Assembly: GCA_038247415.1 (NCBI GenBank)
Contig: JBBRUX010000019.1
Span: 1-64,000, forward strand
Reading direction: 5' to 3'
Source: Chitinivibrionales bacterium
GTDB taxonomy: Bacteria > Fibrobacterota > Chitinivibrionia > Chitinivibrionales > WJKA01
Length of the DNA stretch: 64,000 bases
Below the pieces are notes generated by a model. The model saw only the letters and a program-made list of their open reading frames with translations, was not told where the DNA came from and did no database searches. Shown here in pieces: positions 1 through 9,589 of this stretch (positions within the stretch are counted from its first letter, which is position 1; each line of letters starts with the position of its first letter). A program made the translations under genes and the position numbers.

Positions 1-30
1 CACCCCTAAGTCTCGCGAAGCGGGATTTAG

Positions 31-201
31 ATTTCTCTTTTGCACGAGGGAGGACTGAAAGGTGATGGCCACACGGAGTGCGGCTATCAGTCTGGAGAGA
101 CCCAGGCACGCAGTGCCGCAAGGTTTGACAGACCGGCTCACGAAGTGAGAGCCTGAAAGGAGGCCCGACGGCGCTCTTGGCGCCGGCGTGCCCAGAATCT
201 T
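31..201. repeat. Structured intergenic repeat (REP/MITE/ncRNA-like), copy 1
   Basis: Starts ATTTCTCTTTTGCACGAGGG and ends GCCCAGAATCTT, matching the ends of 14673-14890; several short hairpins inside. Confidence 0.75.
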
Positions 202-423
202 AACCTTTTTATTTTATATTATATTTTGGGCTAAAGCTTAACCTTCTCAATTTCACCTTGTTTTAACATCCTATAAGGAGTATATTAATTGATTGGAGAG
301 AATGTACCTGCAACGAATGAATAATAGTGAATAGTAAGGAAGGGATCAATCTTGATGTCCTCTTTTGCGTAATGATATTTACTGAGGTATGCGGGAGTTT
401 GATTCAAAGAAAAGGAACGGAAT

Positions 424-1185
424 ATGATAAAAAAAGCTGAGAATGCAGAAATAACAAAGAGTATGAGAAGTGCACTATGCTGTGTGGGGATAGTAAGCCT
501 TTTGGGTAGTGTGGGTTTTGCACAAACCGAACCACCCGCTTCAATTCAAGTGCAGAACGCAGATTCAAAGCGCATGAGTGAACCAGGACGAAGCTTTGAA
601 AGTGGCGATGCGCTGCGAGTTCGAGTGTTCCCCGACACGAACTCTTTTGTCAATGGAATATATCCCATAGATGGAAATGGTGATGTTGATTTTCCTATTA
701 TTGGGAAAGTGCGGGTAATAAACAAAGCTCCAGATTCACTCGTTTCCATGCTTAAGGAAGCATATATAACGTATTTGCGGTATCCTAATGTGCAAGTTAG
801 TCCGCTTATGCGATTGGCTTTTGTGGGGGGCTTTTATAAACCTGGGCTGTATTACGTAGCGCCAACAAGTACGCTGTTTCAATCGATGGTGGCTGCTGGT
901 GGCACGCAGCGCGAAGATGGTGTTTTACAAATGCGACTTGAACGCGACAGAAAAGTTATTAAATCGAACCTTGTTGCTGATTTCCAATCCGGACAAAGCG
1001 TGGTTGAGCTTGGCTATAGATCTGGAGATCAGATTTGTGTTATTCAACGCCCGATCGAGACGTCGTGGGAAAAAGTACGGAACAATCTGATTCCCGTATT
1101 GAGTTTTGCTTTATCGGCAGTTTCCACAACCGCAACATTGTATCTTACCTATGAATCGTATAAGGTTTTGCGTACCCCTCGATAG
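424..1185 (+). CDS. Polysaccharide biosynthesis/export protein (Wza/SLBB family)
   Basis: Signal peptide; GDxLRVRV...IDGNGDVDFPIIGKV Poly_export-like segment and an SLBB-like segment; lies upstream of Wzc. Confidence 0.8.
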   Translation: MIKKAENAEITKSMRSALCCVGIVSLLGSVGFAQTEPPASIQVQNADSKRMSEPGRSFESGDALRVRVFPDTNSFVNGIYPIDGNGDVDFPIIGKVRVINKAPDSLVSMLKEAYITYLRYPNVQVSPLMRLAFVGGFYKPGLYYVAPTSTLFQSMVAAGGTQREDGVLQMRLERDRKVIKSNLVADFQSGQSVVELGYRSGDQICVIQRPIETSWEKVRNNLIPVLSFALSAVSTTATLYLTYESYKVLRTPR

Positions 1186-1218
1186 GGCCGCGCTGTACCT
1201 CTTACTAGGAGTATTATT

Positions 1219-1920
1219 GTGCCTGCTTTATCTCGTACCGAAACAACCGCAAACGGGAAGACCCTTGCCAAGGCGGGGTGGCCATTTCCTGCAATCAAAA
1301 CGGGCGCCTTTGGAGCATGTGTAGTATCGCTTGACGATGCTGGCTTATTCTGTGTGATTTCTTTGACCGGTTCATTGACAGGTGAAGATGTTGCCGAATT
1401 TGCATCATTTCTTGATGCTGTGGCGCTCTTGAAGGCTTCTTCTCTTATTTGCACCATGAAAGAACTGCGGGCTTTTGGTCCTTTGGCGTGGGGTGCGCTT
1501 TCATCAGAAATTCCACGGTATCGGAGGCGAAGTGGCACCATATATGCGTGTGATGTAGCACCTGATGTTTGCGACACCATGAAAATGATGCATGTTGATA
1601 CTCTTTTTGCTATGGCACCATCGGTTGAAGATGCTCGTGCGTTATGCAATGCGTCTATGTCAATTCCTAATGCAAGCATCCTTGAAAATAATCAGTCGCT
1701 TGATATTAAAGTTGTATGGGCTACGCCGTATACCCTCGAACAAAAAATAGAAAAAATTGTTGGGGCCCATCCGTCCCTCAGTACTCATCAAATGCTTGCG
1801 ACTCTTAAAAGCGATGCTTATGGGAAATGCAAGGTAGGATATATTGGTTTCATGCTTAAACTGCGGTCTATGAATTTGTATTCTGCTCAAGCGCGGGAAC
1901 GATATTCTCGTTCTGTTTAA
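1219..1920 (+). CDS. STAS-like (anti-sigma antagonist) domain protein with C-terminal HTH-like extension
   Basis: VISLTGSL...ICTMKELRAFGPLAWGAL...MAPSVEDA follows the STAS pattern; co-oriented between wza and wzc. Confidence 0.5.
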   Translation: MPALSRTETTANGKTLAKAGWPFPAIKTGAFGACVVSLDDAGLFCVISLTGSLTGEDVAEFASFLDAVALLKASSLICTMKELRAFGPLAWGALSSEIPRYRRRSGTIYACDVAPDVCDTMKMMHVDTLFAMAPSVEDARALCNASMSIPNASILENNQSLDIKVVWATPYTLEQKIEKIVGAHPSLSTHQMLATLKSDAYGKCKVGYIGFMLKLRSMNLYSAQARERYSRSV

Positions 1921-1976
1921 AATATGCATTGGGATAATCTGTTTTAGTTGACATAATCACGTTTTTTAATTGAGGA

Positions 1977-4337
1977 ATGGCTATGAATTCAGCGTCTCAG
2001 AAAGATTTACAGGAAGACGAAGAGCCAGGAATTGATTTCTATATTCGGCATTATGCGCGGCTCTTATGGCGTTGGAAATGGTATATAGGAATTGTCAGTC
2101 CGCTGTTATTTGTGGGGATTATGGGAGTTGTTGTACTGCGAGGCGTTGCTCGCCCTGTACTCGAATCCAGTGCCAAATTGCAGTTTGATGAAGGTGGGGG
2201 GCACGGAATTCAGCCTGTTGACATGGTGAAAGAAAGTCGTGATGCTCATATACGGAGCCGATCTTTTCTTGCTGGGATAGTAGAAAAATTATCGCTGCAA
2301 TTGAGTGTGCAAAAGCGTTTCAGATCCGAAATATTTGATAGCATTGTTGTTGATAAGAAATGTCCGAGCGGACGCTACGAATTAGTAATAGACAAAGTGG
2401 GAAATTTCTCCTTGTTATATACTAGTGGCAAGCGTCAGGGTATTGTGCGTCAGAGTATTTTAGCAGGAAGAATAGCCGATTTGGATAACTTTTCTTCCCC
2501 AGAATTGTTTTTAAAATTCGGGCACGAGTATCTTTCCGATCCCTTTCCATTTAGCTTTTATGTGGCCAGTCAACGGGAGGCGATCGATGATATCCAAAAT
2601 AGGCTATCCACTCGATTTTTTGGGGAGCAAGGGCCTATCATGTCGGTTACCCTTAAGGGGCGTGATTATCCTTTAATTACCCAGGTTGTAAATACCCTTG
2701 CCGATGACTTTGCCTTTCAAAATACCCAATCTCGGCAGGTGCGACAAATAGGAGAAATCTCGGGACTCGAAAAAAAACTTCAAGATGCAAAAAGTGTTTA
2801 TGCAGCTGCCGAGGCATCTGTTCGCACCTTCAGAGGAGCTAATCCAGCCGTTGAAATGCGCGCCTCCTTGCCGGCATCTTTAGGAGAGGTTTCTGCACTT
2901 GAAACATCATCGGTGACTATTAAAAATGCTCTGGCTGATGCCGACTTTTTGAGATCGAGGTGTGTAAATGCGAGCGGAAACCCAAGTGATATCCTGAGTG
3001 CTACATCGGGAATTGTTTCATTCTTGTCTACACATCAATCTATAATGGCAGCTTCTCTTTCAACCACCCAATCCGAATTATTGAACGAAAAAAATCGTCT
3101 TGAAGCTGGATACTCCCCAGAGCATCCCTTGGTTATTGAAAACACTGCAAAAATTGGAAAATTTGCCTCAATGGCAATAAAGACGCTTGATGAAACGATT
3201 TCTCGTTTGCAAAGTGGAGCCAGTACATCGGAAGCACGAAAAAAGTCTATTGTCGAACTGTATCAGAAGCTGCCGGCAAAAGAAATGGCGTATGCAGACT
3301 TGGAAAGAAAACGTCTTTCTTCTTCAGATGCCTACACAAGTGCCTTATCTGCTTACAATCAGATAAAAGATGCCGAAGCAAAGGATATGGGAGATGTTTT
3401 TGTTCTGGATCATGCCGTTGTCCCGCTCATGCCAGGCAGACTTAATACCATGATGCAGCTGATTTTAATAGTGCTTGCAGTGTCGCTTGTTGTGGGGCTT
3501 GCTCCGCCTGTTGTTGTTGATTATCTGGATAAAAAGCCTCGGAATGAAGAAGATTGCCGTAGGTTTTCGATGATTCCTTATCTTGAAGCAATCCCACTGT
3601 TTGACGAGAAGGTTCCACGCACGATCGATAAAGAAAAGTTAGACCCTAAACTTGTGGTCGCAGGTTTTTCGACACGGTATTTCGACGAAATGTATCGTTC
3701 TTTACGTACCAAGATTCTTCTGCATCTTGGAGAAGAGAAAGTCAAGCATATCGTGGTAACAAGTCTATCTATGGGAGACGGGAAATCGCTTACGGCATCA
3801 AACCTTGCAATTACTATGGCGCAGCAAAAGCTTCGTACTATTTTGATTGATGGTGATTTACGCAGGGGTGTTATACACAATTCTTTTGTTTTGGATCGAG
3901 CGAGTGGTTTAGCGGATATTTTATCTTCTGCCGTTGAAATAAACGAAAAGACTTTAGTGCCTTTTGTTAAGAAGACACATCTTCAGTATTTGTCCGTTAT
4001 TACCTCCGGAATGCTCATTCCAAATCCCTCCGAGCTTATGAATTCGGATAGATTCAGAAATTTATGCGATTACCTGGTTCAATGTTATGATGTAATTATC
4101 CTGGATACACCCCCGCTTTCTGCTGCTGTCGACGCAACCATATTGCCAGAAAGTTTTAACCACTATGTTGTTGTTGTGCGCACGGCAAAAACCGATCTTG
4201 TTGAGCTTGATAAAAAAATCGACGAGTTTCCCTTGCTTCGATCTAAACTTCTAGGCCTTGTGCTCAATGGGGTTACTGTTAACTCGAAGCTTGCTAAGGC
4301 ACGATATTCTTATTATCAAACCGCAAGAACAACTTAA
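1977..4337 (+). CDS. wzc: Polysaccharide co-polymerase / BY-kinase (Wzc/GumC family)
   Basis: Two TM segments flanking a coiled coil; YSPEHP; Walker A GDGKS; LIDGDLR; IILDTPP; C-terminal Tyr cluster RYSYY. Confidence 0.9.
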   Translation: MAMNSASQKDLQEDEEPGIDFYIRHYARLLWRWKWYIGIVSPLLFVGIMGVVVLRGVARPVLESSAKLQFDEGGGHGIQPVDMVKESRDAHIRSRSFLAGIVEKLSLQLSVQKRFRSEIFDSIVVDKKCPSGRYELVIDKVGNFSLLYTSGKRQGIVRQSILAGRIADLDNFSSPELFLKFGHEYLSDPFPFSFYVASQREAIDDIQNRLSTRFFGEQGPIMSVTLKGRDYPLITQVVNTLADDFAFQNTQSRQVRQIGEISGLEKKLQDAKSVYAAAEASVRTFRGANPAVEMRASLPASLGEVSALETSSVTIKNALADADFLRSRCVNASGNPSDILSATSGIVSFLSTHQSIMAASLSTTQSELLNEKNRLEAGYSPEHPLVIENTAKIGKFASMAIKTLDETISRLQSGASTSEARKKSIVELYQKLPAKEMAYADLERKRLSSSDAYTSALSAYNQIKDAEAKDMGDVFVLDHAVVPLMPGRLNTMMQLILIVLAVSLVVGLAPPVVVDYLDKKPRNEEDCRRFSMIPYLEAIPLFDEKVPRTIDKEKLDPKLVVAGFSTRYFDEMYRSLRTKILLHLGEEKVKHIVVTSLSMGDGKSLTASNLAITMAQQKLRTILIDGDLRRGVIHNSFVLDRASGLADILSSAVEINEKTLVPFVKKTHLQYLSVITSGMLIPNPSELMNSDRFRNLCDYLVQCYDVIILDTPPLSAAVDATILPESFNHYVVVVRTAKTDLVELDKKIDEFPLLRSKLLGLVLNGVTVNSKLAKARYSYYQTARTT

Positions 4338-4354
4338 ATGTAAAGAAGAATATA

Positions 4355-5422
4355 ATGGTTACCGTTGTTATTGCACAAAACTCAGATGAAAAGAAGTGGA
4401 ATGATTTTGTTGATGCACATGCTAACGCAACACTCTATCATCACTTCGCATTTAAATCGATTATAGAAGCATCATTTAAGAGATCACCCAAATATCTCAT
4501 GGCGCTTGATACCGTAACAAAAAGCATTATTGGGATTTTGCCCCTCATTCATTTCACTGGTATGCTTTCTGGCAATACACTTGTATCATTACCTTTTTTT
4601 GATGGTGGGGGAGTGTGCGCACAGAACCCAGAAGCTTCAGCTGCACTTGTTAACGAGGCTCTTGCTTTGGGAGAAAAACTTGGTGCAAAAGTTATAGAAG
4701 TGCACCAGGAAGGCTTACTTGATATATGCGAAGGCGGGCACACTACTTTTACACAGCCCTTTGCGCAGTTACAGACGAAAGTCAGAATGCTCCTATCTCT
4801 CCCACCAAGTGCAAAAACGCTCTTTGATTCGTACCCAGGAAAACTGCGCAGCCAGATTCGGCGTGCTCAAAAAGAAGACTGTACCGTGCGTGAAGGGGGG
4901 CATGAGCTCATTGCTGATTTTTACACGGTGCTGTGTCGCAATATGCGCGATTTAGGATCGCCTGTTGAACCCGCAATCACTTTTAAACATGTTTTTGATA
5001 GGTATCCAGGTTTAGTACGAATATTTATCGTTTATTATAAGGAAACTCCTATTGCCTGCTCTTTGCTGTTTGGTTTTAAGGACAGAGTTGTTAATAGGTG
5101 GGCTTCATCAAATAGGGATTACAAACAGATGGCGCCTAACATGATGCTCTATTGGCGGATGCTCGAATATGCAATTGAACAAAGGTATACAACGTTTGAT
5201 TTTGGCCGTTCTACCATTGGTGAAACAACTCATAAATTTAAGGCTCAGTGGGGCGCCTTGCCGCAATCACTCGTGTGGTATCTCTTTGGTCAAGAGGCTG
5301 TGACTGGCCAGGGCGAATCTGTTTCACGCAAAAAAGAATTTTTTATTGCAGTGTGGAGAAAATTGCCAGTACCTTTGGCGACATTTTTTGGATCTCGATT
5401 GCGCAGACATGTATCACTATAA
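4355..5422 (+). CDS. FemAB-related GNAT protein (type associated with exosortase A/PEP-CTERM EPS loci)
   Basis: LVSLPFFDGGG, KLRSQIRRA, MRDLGSP, APNMMLYW, FDFGRS, KFKAQWGA motifs. Confidence 0.85.
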   Translation: MVTVVIAQNSDEKKWNDFVDAHANATLYHHFAFKSIIEASFKRSPKYLMALDTVTKSIIGILPLIHFTGMLSGNTLVSLPFFDGGGVCAQNPEASAALVNEALALGEKLGAKVIEVHQEGLLDICEGGHTTFTQPFAQLQTKVRMLLSLPPSAKTLFDSYPGKLRSQIRRAQKEDCTVREGGHELIADFYTVLCRNMRDLGSPVEPAITFKHVFDRYPGLVRIFIVYYKETPIACSLLFGFKDRVVNRWASSNRDYKQMAPNMMLYWRMLEYAIEQRYTTFDFGRSTIGETTHKFKAQWGALPQSLVWYLFGQEAVTGQGESVSRKKEFFIAVWRKLPVPLATFFGSRLRRHVSL

Positions 5423-5464
5423 TTGTAATGGAGAGCTCTTGTTTGTTGGTAGTTCGGAAACTTC

Positions 5465-6688
5465 ATGAAACGACTTTTTGCACGCTCTATTCCCCCTGCA
5501 GCTGCTCCCTTTACTATTAGTGATATTATGCGAGGCCTTGCGGGCTTAGCAATGCCACAGCGTACCTATGCAGCTTTAACAGCGTCTATCCAGCATGCTT
5601 TCGATGTCCCGTATGTTTTCTTTGTTTCATCGGGAACCGCGGCTTTGTATCTGGTGCTTAAAGCACTCAAGGAAATACACCCAGATCGGCATGAAGTGCT
5701 CATTCCTGCATATACCTGCTTTTCGGTTCCGTCTGCAATTGTGGCCGCTGGATTAACGGTTAGAATATGTGATGTAGATTCCCAAACGCTCGATTTTGAT
5801 ACGATCGCTCTTCGCAACCAATTGACAGACACAAAAAGTCTTCTTTGTATAGTCCCTACTCATTTGTTTGGCTCTGTTGCAGTGAGTGCAGCTCTCAAAC
5901 AACACCTTGCCGATCCTGCGATTATGATTGTCGAAGATGCTGCTCAGGCAATGGGAATGCAATGCAATGGCGCAAAAGTTGGCACGGCGGGAGATGCGGC
6001 CATTTTTAGTTTAGGACGGGGAAAATCGGTTTCTGCTGTAGCAGGTGGGATTATATTAACGCGGAATAAGACCATAGCAGATAATATTGCACATTGTGTA
6101 AAAGATCTTCCCCAAGTATCCATGGTTGCGCACATCCGAGAGGTACTTGTCGCATGTGCTTTAAGCGTTTTTATTCGACCTTCATTTTTCTGGATTCCCC
6201 AAAGTCTTCCTCTGGGTGGGATGGGAGAAAATAAATTTGATACGCACTTCCCTGTAGCGCGTTTATCGCCTTTTGCGAAAGGGCTTACAGTGCGCTGGGA
6301 AAAAAATATTTCCCACTTTGCCCAATCAAGAAGTAGCAAAAACGATGTGTATCGTAAAGCATTTGTGGGCATACAAGGATTGCACATGCCAAGCTTAAGA
6401 GGAGATGATTTTCAAGGGACAATCCGTTTTCCGCTCATTATAGAAAATCTAGCTGCCAGAGACAGAATTCTTACCTTGTCCAAATCTTTGGGGCTTGGCA
6501 TTGTACGCATGTACCCTTTATCGATTGATTCAATTCCAGAGATAGCCGGTGCCACTTCAGATACAGAACAGAGTTACAAGGGCGCTCATCGGTTAGCTTT
6601 GGGGCTTATTACTCTTCCTAATCATTGCTTGGTGCGAATGCAGGATTGTAACGCTATAATGAAATGTATCCTCAATAATCTTGCATAG
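5465..6688 (+). CDS. DegT/DnrJ/EryC1/StrS family PLP-dependent aminotransferase
   Basis: SSGTAAL, EVLIPAYTC, VPTHLFG, EDAAQA, FSLGRGK (PLP lysine). Confidence 0.85.
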   Translation: MKRLFARSIPPAAAPFTISDIMRGLAGLAMPQRTYAALTASIQHAFDVPYVFFVSSGTAALYLVLKALKEIHPDRHEVLIPAYTCFSVPSAIVAAGLTVRICDVDSQTLDFDTIALRNQLTDTKSLLCIVPTHLFGSVAVSAALKQHLADPAIMIVEDAAQAMGMQCNGAKVGTAGDAAIFSLGRGKSVSAVAGGIILTRNKTIADNIAHCVKDLPQVSMVAHIREVLVACALSVFIRPSFFWIPQSLPLGGMGENKFDTHFPVARLSPFAKGLTVRWEKNISHFAQSRSSKNDVYRKAFVGIQGLHMPSLRGDDFQGTIRFPLIIENLAARDRILTLSKSLGLGIVRMYPLSIDSIPEIAGATSDTEQSYKGAHRLALGLITLPNHCLVRMQDCNAIMKCILNNLA

Positions 6689-6730
6689 CAGGGTCTTTTT
6701 GGCTGCTTGCCTTTGCTAAAAACTTTGGCC

Positions 6731-7882
6731 TTATCGAACAGATGGATTCCACATTGTTAAACGTTCCCCGCGAAGAAACCGTGTCCAGGCTACAAGAATG
6801 GATGCATTAGCTATTGTAAAGAATCGGGGGATTTTTATAAAAATCCATTTTCCGCTCTTTGGGAAAATCAGGCCAATCAGGGCTGCGCAATAAAAAAGAA
6901 TCTGCCCAATGCACAAAACGGTACATATCATATGGGTAGAAAAAAGTGCTACATTTGAAACAAAGGCACCAATAAGAAAAAAAGGCACAAGCCATCTACA
7001 TAATTTGTGGCTAATATATTGGTAGGTAAAAAGGCCATATTTAAATATGTTGAGAAATTCAAGATTGTTGAAGAAGACGGTAAGACCCCGAATAATAGTT
7101 CGGGATTTTCGAGTAAATTCGCGAGATGCATCTTGAATATCTTTATAGTAACCCACTGCCCCAGGCTCAATAACCCCGCGCATGCCAAGGCGCATACTGT
7201 TAAGCAATGTGCGAAAGTCGCTCGTCATTTTTGTAGAAAAATCCTGACACACTTCTTTACGAGCACCAAAGAATGAGCCACTCAATTGAACGAGTGTGTT
7301 TACCTGTGTTTCTATCGATCTCATCCACATTTCATAGCGTACATAAAATCCTTCGCCGCTGCTGTTTCCTTTAGTAGTAATCATTTTATCTTCGCTGCTA
7401 ACGCAGCCTACGCTTGGATCGGCAAAATTTGAGGTCATAGCAAGAATACCTTGAGGATCAAGAAGGGTCGCGGCATCAGAAAAAATAAGGATATCTCCTG
7501 TTGCATATGCAACCGCTTCCTTTTGTGCATTTTCTTTTCCACCTCTATCTTTTACGTCAAGTAGTACAATCCCTTTGTTGGCATATTCGGCAACAATCTG
7601 ATTGGTATCATCGGTAGATCCATCGGAGGCAATAATTACCTGCAAACGTTCTTTTGGATATTCAATCTTAAGCGTATTCTCGAGTTTTTCACGGATTCGT
7701 TTCCCTTCATTATGAGCAGTAATAATAAGCGTGAGAGGTGGTGTAAAAGTATCTTTTTTGATTTTTTTCTTTATAAAGAGACTTAAGAAAATCATTGAGA
7801 GGGGATAGCCGAAATATGCGTAGAGAATACCTAGAATTGAAAGAATCAGAATAAAAATCATAGTTGTTTCCTTTGGTGTCAT
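6731..7882 (-). CDS. Glycosyltransferase family 2, membrane-bound
   Basis: IITAHNE, SDGSTD, FSDA, RKxR motif; N- and C-terminal TM helices. Confidence 0.9.
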   Translation of the reverse strand: MTPKETTMIFILILSILGILYAYFGYPLSMIFLSLFIKKKIKKDTFTPPLTLIITAHNEGKRIREKLENTLKIEYPKERLQVIIASDGSTDDTNQIVAEYANKGIVLLDVKDRGGKENAQKEAVAYATGDILIFSDAATLLDPQGILAMTSNFADPSVGCVSSEDKMITTKGNSSGEGFYVRYEMWMRSIETQVNTLVQLSGSFFGARKEVCQDFSTKMTSDFRTLLNSMRLGMRGVIEPGAVGYYKDIQDASREFTRKSRTIIRGLTVFFNNLEFLNIFKYGLFTYQYISHKLCRWLVPFFLIGAFVSNVALFSTHMICTVLCIGQILFYCAALIGLIFPKSGKWIFIKIPRFFTIANASILVAWTRFLRGERLTMWNPSVR

Positions 7883-8058
7883 GAATGGTAGTATATTAAG
7901 TAATTCTTAAAAAAGTAATACGAATAGCCACGAGGCGATAGTATTGGATCATCAGGTAAAATAGCATTTGTCTTATATGAATCAGCGAACTTTAGCAATT
8001 TTTTGGATCGCTTTCACAGATTTTTGGCACGAAATCTTAAAAACTAAGGATCGGTCGA

Positions 8059-9351
8059 ATGGGCTTGGTTACGCGAAAAAAAACAAAAATTCAGACAGAA
8101 CTGTCCCAGCAAGAATCCCTGGTACCCAGGCTTATGAAAAAAACGCATACCTGGTATGCGATAGCACTGGTGTATCTCTTTTTTGATTATGTCAGGCCGC
8201 AGGCATTTGTACCTGTATTAGGTTACCTTAGACCTTCCCTTATTACCAATGTATTGCTCATTGGATTTCTTCTTCATCGCGGTCGTCGCTACCTTTTTCA
8301 ATCGATACAAATGAAACTAGTGTGGGCATTTATTGCCGTACTTGGACTCCTTATTCCCTTTTGTTTTAGAAATGATCTTGCTTTTAAAACAATGTTTTCT
8401 CTGATGTTGTATATCCCCTTCATGGTTGCGCTTATTGCCTGCATACATTGCGTAGAGCGCTGGCGGCATTTTTTATGGTTTTTGTTCTGGGTTATGACCT
8501 ATATGTCTATATATATGCTTACTCATGCTGGTATGGGCCCGGGCAATTATTTCATGGACGAGAATGACGTTTCGCTTTTTATTGATGCCATGTTGCCATT
8601 TGGATATTTTTTATTTCTTGACGAGAAGAAGATGTGGAAGAAGGTTGTCTTGATTGGGGGATTGTTACTTGGGGTCCTTTCGGTGGTCATCTCTTTTTCT
8701 CGTGGTGGTTTTATTGGGCTTGTTGTTGTATTTGTCATTATCTGGCTTTTTAGCCCGAAAAAAATACTTACCCTTGCAATATTAGCCATGCTGGCTGGTG
8801 GAATGTACCTCTTTAGCGATCCGGGATATTGGAAAGAGATGGATACTATTAGCGATCCCACAGAAAATACAGCTCAACAGAGACTCTGGTTTTGGCAAGC
8901 TGGCATCCGTATGTGGCAGGCACACCCCTTTGGTGTAGGTGGAGGTAATTTCCCCGTTCTCCACGATCGCTACCAGCCCGAAGAATGGAATGGACGCAAT
9001 AACTGGGGACGGCCTGCACATTCTATCTGGTTTACTCTACTGCCTGAGACGGGCGTTCAAGGTGTGCTGGTGTTTTTGCTTCTGCTTGGTATCAATTATA
9101 AAGATTTTATCTGGATGCATATCAAATTCCGTAAAAGCAAAGAACCCGATGACCGGTTTATCTATTATCAATCGATTGCCTTTATGGCATCAATTGCTGG
9201 CTTTTGCGCTGCCGGAACATTCATTTCGGTGTTGTATTATGCCCATTTTTGGTATCTAACTGCGTTTATCGTTGCCGGCGTAACCATCGCACAAAAACGC
9301 CTTGAAGAAATAAAGCAAGCTGCTAAGCTTGAGGCGCTAGAGTCTATTTAA
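8059..9351 (+). CDS. O-antigen ligase/Wzy-like family membrane protein
   Basis: Many TM helices; DENDV, SFSRGGFIG, HPFGVGGGNF, AHSIWF..LPETG motifs. Confidence 0.8.
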   Translation: MGLVTRKKTKIQTELSQQESLVPRLMKKTHTWYAIALVYLFFDYVRPQAFVPVLGYLRPSLITNVLLIGFLLHRGRRYLFQSIQMKLVWAFIAVLGLLIPFCFRNDLAFKTMFSLMLYIPFMVALIACIHCVERWRHFLWFLFWVMTYMSIYMLTHAGMGPGNYFMDENDVSLFIDAMLPFGYFLFLDEKKMWKKVVLIGGLLLGVLSVVISFSRGGFIGLVVVFVIIWLFSPKKILTLAILAMLAGGMYLFSDPGYWKEMDTISDPTENTAQQRLWFWQAGIRMWQAHPFGVGGGNFPVLHDRYQPEEWNGRNNWGRPAHSIWFTLLPETGVQGVLVFLLLLGINYKDFIWMHIKFRKSKEPDDRFIYYQSIAFMASIAGFCAAGTFISVLYYAHFWYLTAFIVAGVTIAQKRLEEIKQAAKLEALESI

Positions 9352-9541
9352 GAGCTTTCTGCGAGAACATGCTGGAATGGTTTTTCTGAATGATAGCAGG
9401 TTAGTCATGCTCTTTTTGGCTACTATAAGCTTTCCGCTCTCCAGGTTTCTAATATAATTGGTTTGTCAATCCACCCGCGCACCTTTATGTGAATTTTCGC
9501 AAGGGGGGTATGCGCTGCAAAAATTGTTCTCATACAAATGC

Positions 9542-9561
9542 ACAATTAAATATTGAATTGT
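9542..9561. promoter_or_regulatory. Near-perfect palindrome, candidate operator of the TIGR02147 gene
   Basis: ACAATTAAAT-ATTGAATTGT (one mismatch), about 30 bp before ATG 9590. Confidence 0.35.
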
Positions 9562-9589
9562 TTGGAAATGAAGGTATATTATTGAACAT

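Noticed and set aside
1149..1679. 176-aa minus-strand ORF
   Set aside because: Antisense shadow of the co-oriented operon gene 1219-1920; no motifs
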